From assembly GCA_030265395.1 (NCBI GenBank), contig JARFYF010000022.1, forward strand, positions 31,180,917 to 31,244,916: a stretch of DNA of 64,000 bases. Direction: 5' to 3'. Source of the stretch: Rhina ancylostomus (taxonomy: Eukaryota). The notes below the pieces were generated by a model. It saw only the letters and a list, made by a program, of their open reading frames with translations. It was not told the origin of the DNA and searched no databases. Both the position numbers and the translations under genes were made by a program. This document shows positions 36,695-51,238 of the stretch, one piece after another. Position 1 is the first letter of the stretch. Every line of letters begins with the position of its first letter.

Positions 36695-39089
36695 CTATAA
36701 AGAACACTCATGACCAAATGCTCCAAGCATGCTACTTTAAACTTTAGTAGAGGCTTTACTTCATCTATTCAATGGAAATGTGAGGGAAACGAAATGGCAT
36801 TAGTGCAGAGTTAGTGTAAATGGGTGCTTGATGATTGGCAAAGACTTGATAGGCTGAGTGGCCTGTTTCCATATTGTATGACTCTATGAATTTAAAATTA
36901 AATTCTTCAAACATCCAGTTCCAGTAAAGCATATATACAATATATAATCTTAGTTGTTCACAGCTAGTTGTAAGTTTAGAAGTTCCCCAGAGATAGATGA
37001 AGCACATGTAGATCCTTACATTCGAGTTTTGTTATGGCTGGAACAGGCAATTTGAAATGTTTAATTAAAATTTACATCATTGTTTGGGGAACTATGGTGC
37101 TTGGACATTTTGCTTTTCGCGCCAGTGTGTTACGAGTTACAGTTGGTCATGTAAAGACAAAATCAGGCAAAAGACAGAATGGGCCAGTGGCTGGAAAAGT
37201 GGACAGGGAAAAAGGAGGAATTAAAATCCTAGCTAAATCAAAATGCAAACATTTTGGGAATAGGAAATAGAGGTCAGATAATTTCAGACAGAATGTCTTA
37301 GTCAAGAGGGAAAATGACAGTGGATTTCTTCAAATAGATCAGTAAATATCGAGGATGCAGTTTCTTGCTCATAGGTGGACTGTGTAAAAGCCAGAGTCTG
37401 CCCTCACCAAATGCTTACAGTTTATGGACTTCCCACAATGAGTTGCAAATAGCATTCCTGAATATGAGCTGTGGTTTGAACTTAGTAGGTGTGGATAACA
37501 ATTGCAGTACATCTCTTGCTGCCCAGCTCAGAACAGTGAACTCAAAATGCTTGCACCTAAAACTTGCTGCATAACGATGTCCTCACTTGGAAGGCAAAAG
37601 GATCATTTTGGTATCAGGAATATTAAACTGATAATTCAAAATACACAGCCAAGGGAATCAACCGAGAAAGGGAGTAGTTGAATATGTCACAGCTCTATTA
37701 AAAACTGAATTGGACATTCCAAGATGCCATATGAACATAGAATCTCAGTCATAAAAATGTGCAAAAATTCAATTGGTTCATTTTCACCTTTGGTCAATGA
37801 GATCCTGAATCCTAGACAACTCCTTTGAGAAACATGCAATCTGAGTGTAGCTCTTACTGTTAATTTTGTTATTTTAAATACACTATAATGTTAGTTCAGG
37901 AAACAAACTGCATGTCGTCTTAGGGTGGAACATTCAATTTTTATTTCATCATCCCATTTGATTCCAAGGAAAGTAAAAAAGTTGGAAAAAAACATTGAAC
38001 ATTTAAAAGAAAACCTTTTCAATGTTTTGTTCTCCCCCAAAATCTCACTCATAATACGGGAATTGTCACGCAAGTTGTGATTGAGCAGTCTGGGCTTACT
38101 TTCTCTCCTGTTACGAAGAATAAGAGCTGATCTCATTAAAATGGTAAGTTTTCTAAAGGGCCTACCAGGGTGAATGCTGGGGCAAGTCAAAAACCAGTGG
38201 TCACAGAACAAGTTTCATTTGGCTTGCTAGGGCTGAAGTGAGGAGAGATTTCTTAAGTGAATGGGTTATTTAGAATTCTCTTCCTAAGACTGTAGATGCT
38301 CAGAAGAAAGTCAAGACACAGATGCTGTATTTTTGGTCTAAGGAAACTAAAGAAATCCAAGATAGTGTGGGAAGGTGGAGTTGAGGTAAAGGATTAGCCA
38401 CTTCTTGATTGAACAGCTAAGTGACTATTCCTCATCCTATTTCCTATATTTATATATGGGTGTTACTGGCAAGGCCAGCATTTAAAGGGCACCCCTAATC
38501 TTCATGGTGCACCATGGTTTTAAATGAGCTGTGAAACATTGATAGAGGTCTGGAGGGACGGAGGACAGATCAAGTGTAAACAGCACATTTCATGCCCCAG
38601 AATATATTAGTTTACCAGATGCAATCTGCCAATTTCAAGATGACCAGTAAAGCAAGAAGTAATTAAACACAAAAATATCTGGAAGAATAAACTGAACTTG
38701 TATTCCACATCTGCCATGGTGGAAGCCAATACTTCCCTCTGGATCATTTGCCTCCAAGCACAATGATATCATGCCTCTGCATTTTGAGCGAACAGTTCAA
38801 CAGGGATTATCGAGTATCAAGGTCACTTTGTACAGACTCATCCCAATGGAGTAGTGATCACGGGGATTGGCGAGGGTATTTAACAACTGACTTGTCATGT
38901 TCAACAACTTCAACATGGATCAGAGAACAGATCTCCAAAAGAGTACTTTAGTTTCAGAATTCTGACTGGAGAGTTACCAAAAGTAGGATCTCTGGCCAAT
39001 ACCCACCAGCAGCAGGTCAGAGAAATAAAACTAAGAAACACCATCATGCTTTTTAAAGAAATAATTCAGACATTAGTCAGAAATCTTAC

Positions 39090-39278
39090 TTGGAATCCAG
39101 CAGCTCCAGAGCAGAGATGGGAGGGAGCGGTGTCCATTGATGGAGAAGAGAGTAGATCTCTGGCAGAGCATCCCAGTCCCAACTTGGTGCACTAGCAAGA
39201 ATCTTGGGAAGGCTGTTAACATGGGAAAAGCAGTACTGCCTCTTATCCCACAAAAGTTCTTTCTCTGCCTTGGACAGT
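39090..39278 (-). CDS. PIK3C2A: PIK3C2A exon (helical domain): [35 protein letters not shown]...ISALELLDS(K)
   Basis: tctgcag|A ... AA|gtaaga; 189 nt, phase 2-2. Confidence 0.95.
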
Positions 39279-39429
39279 CTGCAGATAAGTAAAAGTGCTT
39301 GTTAAAACAATCATTTTCATTATGCTTCCTATAGAGGGTGCACAATTTTCTCCATAAAATGATAACCACTATATCCTCCAAAGGAGTAGGCATGTTGCAT
39401 TACATTCTTAGGTCACTAGCCATTCCTCT

Positions 39430-39915
39430 GGTATCTAGCCTAGAGGGACATAATTCACACAAGAGTCGATAGGATGAGAGCTGCTTCAACAACACTCAAG
39501 ATGCTCAACACCATACAGGACATTGCAGCTCACTTGATAGGCACTCCGCCCACAACCATTCACTCACTCCATAATCAAGCCACAGTAGCAGCAGTCTGCA
39601 CCATCTTGAGGATGCACTGCAGCTATCCATTTAGACGGCACCTTCCAAACTCATGACCTCTACCAGCTTGTAGGACAAAGGCAGCAAAAGCATGGGANNN
39701 NNNNNNNAGCACTTGGAAGTTACCTTCCAAGTTACACAGCATGCTGACTTGGAAACATATCACTGTTGCTGGGTCAAAATCCTGGAACTGTCCCTAACAG
39801 CACTGTGGGTATACCCCACCTCAAGAACTGCACTGATTCAAGGTGGCAGTTTCTTACAGGCAATTTGGGATGGGCAATTAAATGGCTGGAGAAGCCCAGA
39901 TCCCTTGAGTGAATT
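39430..39915 (+). mobile_element. CR1/L2-clade LINE 3' fragment
   Basis: ORF 39474-39656: AASTTLKMLNTIQDIAAHLIGTP...IHSLH...AAVCTILRMHC. Confidence 0.75.
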
Positions 39916-41154
39916 TTTTTTAAAAAATGGCCACTATTAGGAGGCTATTGCATCATGCAAACCCACAATGTCAACTATCCCTCTTCTGGAGGAACTCAGT
40001 GGGTTAGGCAGCATCTGTGGAGGCAGTTTGTTTTGGCACAATGAAGCTCAGTTGTGATATAGCTCCAAGGCTGACTATATGCATAGACATTTTATCTGGG
40101 CTCATGCATTAAGGAATTACTACTTAAGATGATTACTGAGACTGCTGGCTCCTGTAGGCATGGTACCAGTCTGCTGGCACCACAGAAATTGAGGGTATTA
40201 CTTGGAGCTATATTGTAAGTACCTAATGTACACTTAAATTCCACTGTAATTTTTTCCAGTCATATTATGTTTGTACCTAAACAAGTCACTGAAAGACAGA
40301 GTATTAGAATCAATGCATTAGAGAACAGAAATCCAAACGATAGTCAACAGCTCAGAATGCAGAAATCTCTGCAGACTTTAAGTAAGTTTAAATAGCAACT
40401 GAATTTCCGAAGTATTTCTTCATATTATGATCTGATATAGTGACGGTAAAGAATAGAAACAGCCTTCTAGATGTGGCACCAGAGTTANNNNNNAAGTCCA
40501 CAATTGATGGCAATACTGCTACAGAGGAAGGAAGGAAAGAATTAGATACATAGTAGCTCTGCTATAAGCATCTGGCCTTGGATATGGAAAAATATGCACT
40601 GACGTGACCCTGGATCCACCCACATTTCCGTCCTGCTAAGAAGCTAGTTTTTGTTGCACAAACAATTCAATTCAGATTAACCAACTCAGCAGACTGGGAA
40701 TTGGACTTGGGATATTCTGGTCTGTTTGGTTAAATGATATGTTGTTTTCACCAACAAATGTCTGGAGAGCAAAACACATACCAGTGTTGATGGAATACTG
40801 GCTCTGAAAGGCATTCTGTCTTTCAGATGCAGTATTAATCTTTTTGGGGTCAAAGCTAAAAATAAATATTGCCTTTGTCATTATGAAATCAGCCAAGTAA
40901 ATCTATGAAAGAATTCATTTTCAAAACTTGGCACCATTTCAACTCTTTTTGATCAACAAATTCGCTGCAGCTTGAAAGACATACTGGATGAACATCAGTT
41001 ATTTTGTATTATTTCATTTATTTAAAAGCTATGATTGCATATCCAAATTAATATGAACTTTATATGCTGAACTATACACACAATGCATTGAATACAGCCT
41101 TGCATGCACAGCAAAATCAAATATAAAACTGAACTGTCCACAGGAAGAACCTAC

Positions 41155-41294
41155 TCAAGTGTCAAGTCTTTAGCAAACACATCAAGAAGCTGTTTCTGGA
41201 AACCTTGATCAAGTGTTTCAAACCCAAGCTCAATCATTCGGCTGGTCTCTGGAGGATAGTAGAGAATATCGAACACGAATGATGGAAAATCCAC
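41155..41294 (-). CDS. PIK3C2A: PIK3C2A exon: VDFPSFVFDILYYPPETSRMIELGFETLDQGFQKQLLDVFAKDLTL(E)
   Basis: atttag|GTG ... GA|gtaggt; 140 nt, phase 0-2. Confidence 0.9.
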
Positions 41295-41447
41295 CTAAAT
41301 TGAAAAACAAGGTTAGAGTCTGCTGCCTTGTGGCATCTGTTCTACACAAAGAAAGAGAGAATATAAAACACACAATGATACAGAAAGTAAACTAGATCTA
41401 CTGCTGCAATATAAAATATTTTTTTGTTTCAATGATAAAAGCAGAAG

Positions 41448-42155
41448 ACTCAACATCAGGAAGACCAAGGAATTGATTGTGGACTTCAGGAAGGGAAAGT
41501 CAGGAGAACTCACAACAGTCGTCACTGAGGAGTCAGTGGTGGAAAAGGTGAGCAGCTTCAAGTTCCTGGGTGTCAACATCTCAGAGGATCTATCCTGGGC
41601 CCAACACATTGATGCAATCACGAAGAAGACACTCCAGCGGCTCTACTTCATTAGGAGTTTGAGGAGATGTCACCAAAGACTCTTGCAAGTTTCTATAAAT
41701 GTACGTGGAGAGCATTCTGACTCTCTGCCTGGTATAGAGGCTCCAATGAGCAGGATTGCAAAGAGGCTGCAGAGGGTTGTAAACTCAACCAGCTCCATCA
41801 TAGGCACAACCCTCCCCGCCATGGAGGACATCTTCAAGAGGTGGTATGTCAAGGCAGCAGCATCCATCATTAAGGGCCCTCACCATCTTGGACATGCCCT
41901 CTTCTCATTACTACCATCAGGGAAGAGGTACAGGAGCCTGAAGACCCACACTCAGTTTAGGAACAGTTTCCTCCCCTCCGCTATCAGATTTCTGAATGGT
42001 CCATGAACACTACCTCATTATTCCTCTTTTGCACTATTTATCTATCTATTTATTTATTTGTAACTTATTGTAACTTTTGTGTCTTGCACTGTACTGCTGC
42101 CACAAAACAACACATTTCACAACATATGTCAGTGATAATAAACTTGATTCTGATT
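41448..42155 (+). mobile_element. Rex1/Babar LINE, 5'-truncated
   Basis: ORF 41473-42006 and the codons just upstream: KTKELIVDFRK...FKFLGVNISEDLSWAQHI...QRLYFIRSLRR...LPSGKRYRSL...FRNSFLPSAIRFLN; short GATTCT-like repeat tail. Confidence 0.9.
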
Positions 42156-42606
42156 ATTTAAAGGACTTCAAGGAGTCAACAGTTGTTTGCAAGGAAATAT
42201 AAATGCTTGGTTCAGCTTCAATATTGGCAAAAAAAGTACATAAACTGTTCTGAGAGAGAACAGCATAAGCCAACTTGGCATTAACTAAAATGCGGGTGTT
42301 GTGATGGGAAATCATTGGAGTTCATTGATGTCCAGTTCAATTTTAAAGTCAGCATTGTTTAATTTTGGCTGAAATATGTCCTTGGTTTTGGTCATTCATT
42401 AGCAAAGTTTGCTTAGTTAAATTAACACAGTTTAATTTCTCTCTAAAATAGTTTGTTCCCTTTGGTAACAAAATGCCACCTCTAGTTACTTTCTGCAATT
42501 TCAATTTACAAGTCAAACAAGGTTTTCATGGAAAAGTACAGAGTTGAAAATATCACTAGATGACAATTTTAGAGATTAAATTTCTTCCAGGATGAGCTAA
42601 ACTCAC

Positions 42607-42718
42607 CTGTAACACAACTTTCTCCATTGAGCTCCCCTTTTTATTGATGGTCCCACTACCTGGATTCCCAAAGTCTGTTGTCCAGAGACCAAGTAGCTTT
42701 CTTCCACTTGTCAACACA
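42607..42718 (-). CDS. PIK3C2A: PIK3C2A exon: VLTSGRKLLGLWTTDFGNPGSGTINKKGSSMEKVVLQ
   Basis: tttggtag|T ... CAG|gtgagt; 112 nt, phase 2-0. Confidence 0.92.
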
Positions 42719-43582
42719 CTACCAAATAAAACAGATACATTAAAGACACAGGTGGAAACTTGTGTCAAAATATAATGGGCAAATTGTGTTTGATCTATCT
42801 TGTGCTTTGCAGATGCATGGACATTGTGGTTACATAACTCCCAAGGTTTTGGAGGAGTTGCAGCTGCAGGCCCTCAAAGTGGAGCAGTCTACAAGTAGCG
42901 AGAAGACCTTGGGCCCAATGGCCACATTTCCATACTCCTAATTCTACCTCTCTCGGTTATTCCATTACTGTCAATTTAACATTTCTTTTTGCACTACTTC
43001 AGATTGCACTACAATCTTTGCATCATTGTGCTGTGTTGTGCTCGTCACTGCATTTATGCATAAGAATTTCTTTGCACCCTGATATTTTTGACAATGAACT
43101 AATCTGATCTGGTTGCTCATCTGGCCAGAAGACCTTTCCTATTGTTTCTGTATATTTCCAATATTCAGAAATAGTTGAAATATATTTAAATAAGTGAATA
43201 AAATACAAAACATTCAAAATAAATGTTTATACAAACACTTATCTAAAGTAAATCAAAGGAAAATAAAGCAAATGATTTGGCTTTTTCTTCCCTTTTAATG
43301 AAGGTGGATAAACTCCATCTATGGCTGAGCATAAACTGGAATAGCTAGGTATGAAGTGTATCTGTTTTCTTGTCTCAGTATCATCAGGAATTCCATTGGA
43401 TTCAGCATGCTGCTCAGCTGTGGAAGTCTAGAATGTACAAACATGTGAATGGCAACACAGTAGTGGTTCCTTATAGATCCCCCATCTGAAAATCAGCACA
43501 ATCCAAGAAAATATAGGAGCAATGGGATAACCATCTAACTTGTCACATTGTATTAAGGCGATAAAAAGAATATGATTATTAC

Positions 43583-43750
43583 CGATTAAAGTCAAAGAGA
43601 GGCATAGAGACTCGACCAAGGTACTCTGGTCCCTTCCTTTGTTTATTTGAATCCGGTGATCCAGCTGCTGAGGGATTCGGAACTCCATACAAAGTAAGAC
43701 TTAGCATTGATTCAAGGGCCAACTGTGAAATCTGAACAGGGAAGCTGATT
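43583..43750 (-). CDS. PIK3C2A: PIK3C2A exon (N-C2): [23 protein letters not shown]...[26 protein letters not shown](R)
   Basis: cttccag|A ... CG|gtaata; 168 nt, phase 2-2. Confidence 0.95.
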
Positions 43751-46109
43751 CTGGAAGGCAAGGTCAATAAATGGCTGGTAAAGCACTACAAACATTGCAG
43801 CAATGCTTCTTTGAACCTGTTAGGTTGGCCAGGTTGGAAACTAAACAAAATTCCAAGGATAATCATAACATTTTCATATTAACCCTATGGACCAATATAA
43901 ACTGAGAAACATTTTATTAAAATACATCAATCATAACCCTTATATAGAATGGAACAGAAAAAGACATCCTCAAAGAAAATGAGGCATTACCAGTTTCATT
44001 GGGAGACTTAAGTTGCAGCTTTATGACCAATTTAGCACTGGTGACCTAGTTTCAGAATCATTAACATTAAAGTTGCTCCTACTCAAGTGCAGTGAAAACC
44101 ACAAATTGCTTCTATTCAATAGTTTTGCATTCCTTGAATTACTTATGACGTGCAGTCTAAATTTAGCTTTGTGAGAAAATGTTTTTTTTCTCAAAAAAAT
44201 AGTATCTGCTAATCTTTTTTAAAAGATACTTTCGCCTCTTCATTATAGAGAGAATTAGCAAATTTGCCTTTCACTCCAAAGTTAAAATTAATATTCATAG
44301 AGTGCAATTCTGCATTCGTTCATGTGCTTGGTGGCAAGTCCTTCATCATTATACTCACTGAAAGCTGCACTTCCCTGCAAGTTCACCCAATCTGCAGGGA
44401 TAGCAAGCCCACAATATGATTAATCAAAGGAAACAGCTGAACTATTCCTTGTTGAAGATGTGGGTGAAAACTCGCCCAACAGGCAATACCGATAGATTAA
44501 GAGGAAAGCTACAAATAATGGTTGGCAGCTCTTTCTGACCTTTCATTTGCTCAATATCTGGGCACATTAATACCAAAAAAGTGAAAGTCAGGGAGAGAAG
44601 GTCAAAAGCTCACAAAGCATTTGAAAGATTGTCCTCTTAACTTGCTCTTTAGTGACCATTTTGCATCGATCCCATTGACCATTTTGAACTGCAGCCAATT
44701 TAAGTGAACTCATTTCTATGCCACTGAGAATCAGTCTTAACTCACTTTTCCTCAATGTCATCATTTCCATTAAGGTGTTCCTCTCCATCCACTCCCATTC
44801 CTGCCCTTCCTTTCATCACTAAGAGGTAGACATCATTAATCAAATTACACAATGATTTGATAAAATCATTGTACAAGTCTATGTAAACATGCTAATCTTA
44901 AAGATATGCAAACCTCATATTAGGAGGGAAAACTACAAATAATGCATTCATCTCATTTCAGAAAGATTTGAAATTCAGCAGTTATATAATAGGTTGAGCC
45001 AATCTCTAAGTGGTCGATAAATAAAGAATCCCAATTTTGGAATAAAGGCTGTTACAGTTAGAAACACCCAACTTATGGGTTCCTGTATANNNNNNNNNNT
45101 TGATAATATTAAATTCAAAAGTCTGATGTACATATAAATGTCATTTCAATGAAGGGCACAACTAATTTCCTCAGTCTTGTGTGATTTTGGTGCCATTCAT
45201 TACAATACTGTGGAGATACAGTTACTGCATCAAGTGATTTTTGTGTATTTTCCAACACAAGGACAAAATTCAACTTCTGTCAAAACAGAACCTGTCCATT
45301 ACCCGGATATGGCTTGTACTTAAATGCAGATGGCAAGATGAAATTTAAAATAGAAAGGAAAGGAAAAATATCTTTATAGTATTGATATTCATTCTTAGCC
45401 TACAGCCATACATTGCTAGATGAAAGGGAGACTAAAATCACTGCTCATGGCATTTTGATTTTCATAAACAAGGTTCAGGAATTAAGAACCTGGAACTTGC
45501 CTTTGGATTCCAAGTCAACTCTTTTACATACAAGCCATCAGTGGAACCTAACTGGGCTAATTTTCTCTTCCACCTTCCTCCAGCACACTTCCCCCTCCTC
45601 CATCAATGCCCCCAGTTCCTACTCCTACATCTTCCTATTTCTCCTGGTGGTAGTAAGCATAGCACCAGTATGATTCTGTGCATATCAGCTCAGGTCTTGC
45701 ACCTTATCCAAACAGTCCATCATTCTTCATGCTTAAACGTGTGCTGTTGATAAGATGACCACTGAACACACATAACAGTCAAGCACAAACCAGTCTTCAA
45801 GCAGTCTAAAACAATCAAGTATGAATTGCAGAATTGAACAGCACCATTACAAACAGCTATTTATAAGAGGTCACCTATTGCAGCCAAACTCACTCAATAT
45901 AGTTCAGCATATAGCAAATGAACCCGTAATGTGCCATTCTTTAAGTGGCTTGGCACAACAGCCAACTTTTTAATTGACTGGACCATCAGGAGATCCAAGT
46001 CTGACAGCAAATGGAAAAAATATGAAAGTTGCCTACACTTCAAAGGGCATTGCAAAACTCACTCAATTGATACGCATTTCTGCAACAGCAGCAAGTGAAG
46101 GTTAGTTGT

Positions 46110-46300
46110 TAAAAACAGAAAATGCAGTAAATGCTTCACAAATCAGCCAGGACCTATGGTGAGAGAAAACAGTTAACACTTCAGGTCAATGACTTTGAAG
46201 TTCTAATGTAGATCGGTGCTCTGAAACATTATATTTGTTTCTCTTTCCCTAAATGCTGCTGACCAGAGTATTTCAAGAAATTTGTTATTTCAGATTCCCA
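46110..46300. mobile_element. Penelope-terminus-derived inverted-repeat element
   Basis: aaaacagaaaatgcag...gttaacacttcaggtcaatgac / ctgaaacattat...aatgctgctgaccagagtatttc. Confidence 0.45.
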
Positions 46301-46349
46301 CCATTCCAAGGACTCTATTTAGTGCATGTAAAACAGAAAATATACTCAC

Positions 46350-46472
46350 AGCTCATCCCATTTGATGTGGTAGAAAAAACTGCGGTATGTCCCAACCTTC
46401 TTGGATTGCACTGGTTTAAACAGATCCTTTCCATTATGTGTCAATGAACATATCAAGAAGTATTTCTCAAAA
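46350..46472 (-). CDS. PIK3C2A: PIK3C2A exon (N-C2): [40 protein letters not shown](L)
   Basis: ctcctcag|T ... CT|gtgagt; 123 nt, phase 2-2. Confidence 0.95.
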
Positions 46473-48734
46473 CTGAGGAGAAAATATGCACCCAATATCA
46501 GTAGAATTACATTTAACTTAAGTATATTCTTGATTACAGCTTGGGAAATAAAATAACATAGGATTATATATCAAATTTAAACTTGAAGTGCATGCAAGAA
46601 TCATTTACCAACTTCAGTATAATAACTAGGAGACACAGTAAATATACTGGAAAAAACATTTCACTATGATTTGTGAATGAAAACTGATTATTGGGTAGTG
46701 TGTGTGTTTTTTCTTTTAATTTCTATCATTTCAATTTCTGTTCCTCACCCGCTGGGATACAGTTACACAGACTGGGCCAAGGCAAATAAATCACTCTTAA
46801 ATCTATAGTAAGCACCCAAACTCAGTTTAATGGATATACTTGAAGGTGTGTGAAAGAAACAACTTCCCTGTTCTACATCCTTTCCAAAAATGCCTCGTTC
46901 CCACCCTTGGTCATTGAGTTTCGATTAACCAGTTTATGACTGGAATATATTTACATGCACATATTCCTCCCCAAAGTACTTTCCCATACATACCAATTTA
47001 AAATAGAAGACCACTTGTGTGTAACTTGGATGAAGTAACAGAGAACTGGTCCCAATTTGAATTCATATTATGGTAAAATACTTGAGTCAACTTTTTGACT
47101 ACCAACAATTGCCCTTTCTGCATGTGGGTTGACCAATGTAAACCACGAAAACATAGCTGACTGTGCAGTTGAAACGAGGCAAGTTTCCAACCAAAAAAAA
47201 AAATCACCCACAAATGCCAAGTTACATATCGGAGGGCTTTATGGAAGGAGAACTCCATGGTATCTTGGCAAAAGATGCATGGAACAAGATCTAAATCTTT
47301 ACCTCAAAGTGATTATTCAGAAACAACTTTACAGTCATGCAATGTTTTAATAAGAGACTGTCAGGGCTGAACTGTTACAGGATACATCTCACATCTTTAT
47401 GCTGCAGCAACTGATTCATTCTGGTTAGTCCTACTAAAAAGTGGACTGAGTTGATCATACTGTTATGAGCACGGTTTTTATTTTTCAAAGAGAATGTTAT
47501 CACATGAAGAAGTCCCATCCCCTGCACAAGTAATGCAGACATCATTAAGACATTAACTTTTGGGCACAATAACCATGACCGACCAGTTTAGTTCCACAGC
47601 TCTTCACCCCTTTCCACTCGCTGGTTTTAGTAGAGTAGTTGTTGCTGGGAGCTCAGGTAAAGTGAAGCAGCATCGTGCTTCCACACCAGCTCTGCAGATA
47701 GTGATGGTCGCAACCAGGAGGCAACTACCGATAATTTGGAACTTCAAGAAAATGGTTGTTAGATATATTACTTGCATGGACACTGCAAGGCCAAATTATC
47801 TTGTAACATTTGGATAACCACTTCAGTTACCGTAATTTTAGAGGACTGCATTGAGGAAATGGCACAAGGTGTTTAAAAAAAAGTAAGACAACCTGAATGG
47901 TGTTCAATACTTAGGTACTACAGTTATTTGTATTTAGTACCAAGATTCAACACCTTTCAATTACCAAATATATTAGGGCTCCACATTATGTGACAAACCT
48001 GAATTACAAAGAACAACAAAATTTGGCGCCCTCAGAATCTATATATTTAGGGATTCCTATTTCTAGCTTTAATGTGATAAATTTGAACACTGGATAAAAC
48101 AAAAGTTCATTGTTATTTCAAATAATGGAGGCTATTTTGTTTTTGAATCGCCAGCCCCATTTTGCCTTTCAGTTGTGTACTACATTTGTAAAACGGTGCT
48201 CTGAAGTGAAAATGTTCCCAATTTCATCAGCGACATAGGGTAATTATTCACTTTGAAAACACAACCTGCTCAAACAAAGGAAAAAGATCTACATTTTTTT
48301 TGTAGAAGATTGTTGTTTTTTCTGGTGAAAAAGACCAAATGAAGTGCATCTTAAGCAACAAGGCACTGAAAACTGTATTAGAATAAAACCTAGTTAAAAC
48401 TGTTGTGCTGCACATCATGTGATATTATCAAATGTAAATGAAAAACAAAAAATTGCAGATGCTAAAAATCTGTTTCAGCATTTACAGTTTAGATATGCAA
48501 TATTATTATATGGTTTCTGTTGCACAGCAACAGAAATGAATATGACTGGAATCAAAAAGGGGTCAACTCAGGATCATGAGGATCAACTACTCTGGACCTC
48601 TTTTCCTATAATTTTACATTAGTCAGAGTACTGCTGGAAAAGAGTTAATTTTAGAGGTGGAAAAATAACCAGCCAGAAAAGAGCTCTCAATTGATTCAGT
48701 AAAATCTTTTAAAATGTGTATTAATATACAAATT

Positions 48735-49930
48735 TTAATCAAGAGAGAACAACAATCCATATCTATTCTGCATTTTAGCATAATAAGGCTCACCAGTGCA
48801 ATTTACATTTTCCCCAAAATGTGGAGACCAGAAATGTATGTAGGACTTGAACTGTGATCCAAGTAGTGTTATATACACATTTATACCTCTCCAAGCTCTT
48901 ACATTTTCTGCTTTGGCAAATAAAGAGGTTCCCTTATGCCCTTTAATCCTTCTTGTCAAGGTATCTTTAAGTACTTTTGGATATAGACAACAAGGTCTCT
49001 CTGTTTCTCCACACTGCTCAATATTCCCACATTTGTTGTGCATTCCTTTCATTCATCACATCTCCCCAAATACATTAGCTTTCACTTCTCTGCAATAATC
49101 TTTACATGACATTACTCTGTCCAACTGGTCAGACATTTACATGTTTCTGCTGAAGTCTAAAGTTTTCCTCTTACCTATCAACCGATCAAGCCTTCTTTAT
49201 ATCACATGCAAGTTTCTTTATCTTTCCCCCTATGTTTAGATTCAAACAATTTAAGATTACTGCAAGAACAAGACCCCTGTGAAACCCTCACAAAAACCCC
49301 TTGCTCCTGCTACTGAGCCAGTTTTGGGCCCAATTTACCATTCCTCCTTGGGCTTGGATCCCATGGGCTTTGACTTTTTTCCCAGCCTTCCACATGGGTT
49401 GTTGTCAAAAGCCTTGCTAAGATCAATGTAAATTATTTTCACTTGCTGCCCTGGTTACTACTTCAACTAAGTTAATTGAGTTGGTCAAACAATTTCTCCT
49501 GAACAAATCAATGCTGAGTGTCCTTTGTCAATCTGTGTCTTTTAAAATGGTTAATACATCCTTGGAATTAATTCCAATAATATGCCCACCATTGAGGTTA
49601 AACTAACTAGCTTGTAATCATTCAGTTTATCCCCCACTCCTTTTCAAGCAAGGGTATGAAATTAGCAACCCTCCAATCCTCTAATACAACTCCTATACTT
49701 AGAGAGGATGAAAAATAATGATCAGAGTTCCTGCAATTTTCTTTCTTGCTTATTTTAACAGCCTAGCATATACTGCACCCAGTCTTAATTTTTATCCACC
49801 TTTTAAGTGTTGAACCTCTTAATACTTCCTCTCTTGCTACGTTTATCACATCCAATATTTTGCACACTTCCTCTTGAACTGAAACATTTGCATCCTCCTC
49901 CTCTTTTCTGAGCCAGCTACTTAGTATTTA
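48735..49930 (-). mobile_element. Old CR1 LINE RT fragment
   Basis: Reverse-strand remnants of the DFxKAFDxVPH and HFWSPHF motifs; heavily decayed. Confidence 0.7.
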
Positions 49931-51015
49931 TTAAGAACCCAATTCGCATCGCCACACATGCTTACTTTTTGCTGCCTAATTGGTTACATCCTTTCCTGAG
50001 TTACCATCTCAATGTAGTTATTGCACATCTTTATATTTTCGTTGATGATTCTTACCTTTATTCATTTCATCTGAACACTTGCTATGCTCTTCTAGATATT
50101 AGTAATTTGAGAGGATTTATGAATTTATGCAAGGCTAATCAGAATAAGAAAATGGCCGTGCTTAAGCTAAGTGATGGTACATTAATGTTCAGTCACATGG
50201 AGTGGTTAAAGTTCAAACACTGCTTCACCAAATCTGTGGTCTGAAAAGTGACTAGTGTCAAGAGGTAAAGCACTAAGTCAAACATATAACATGTCCCACA
50301 ACATGAGAATATCTGACATTTCATAAAAATGTGAATTAATTAAAATTGGCCTGGAAACCTGCATTGTACTGACTATCTTGCCTTCACAGGCTAGGTGGAA
50401 AATAAGGAGATAAGATTTATAGGGAAGGGAACAGAAACTCCTGGAAAGGGTCATACATAAAATCAAGATCACTTAAATGAGTGTGAATATGTTGTACAGT
50501 ATTAAAACTAAGATGCTTTTAAAATGTTGTAATGCTTATAATTTGTAGAGTTCATTTTATGTTAAAGACTTAAAACAATGGTTTAAAAATAACCTCACTT
50601 TACATTACTGTTTTAAATACTTATCAAGCTAAAAGAAAGCATTAAGGAGAAGCTGTGAAATTTGAAGGAATTACTTTACTGCTCTCAGGTCTCACTTCAA
50701 ACAGGCCAATCCCCAACAATATCCCAGGGCTCTTGCTATAATTTTCTGTTCCAGATTTTTTATAGACATTTCTATTTCTGGCAGGGAATGCACAGAAGGG
50801 ACTTCAAAATCTAGGTCAAATTGTCTCTACTAAAATACAGAAAATTGAGCAGCAAATGAGGTAACCTATTTGCAGCTTTTGCTCATCTTTATTAAAAAAG
50901 CAATTCTCTTACTTACATGTTCACATAATTTTTTAAAGCATTTTCTTTATGTGCTGAGTCAATCAGATTTGAAAGGCTGTGGAGATAAGTCTTACAAATT
51001 TTCTTCAACACCCAC

Positions 51016-51238
51016 CTGCTGACCCACATCCCTGGAATCCTATGTGCCGCAAACAGTGTGAACTGCAGGTGTTCTGATGTGGTCCGTGCTTCCTTTGTGC
51101 ACTTAGTACTCTGTGGCAGACTCCCAGTGACACCCAGGCTGTTGCTAAAGGAACTCAAGTAGAGTTGTAGCAGGTCATAGACAGCCAATGTTAGGTCATG
51201 GATGCTTGCCTTCAGAGGATTTACTGCAGGAGGAGATC
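51016..51238 (-). CDS. PIK3C2A: PIK3C2A exon: (G)SPPAVNPLKASIHDLTLAVYDLLQLY...EHLQFTLFAAHRIPGMWVS
   Basis: Acceptor tttcag|GA, donor AG|gtgggt; 223 nt, phase 1-2; start of N-C2 domain (LQFTLFAAH). Confidence 0.92.
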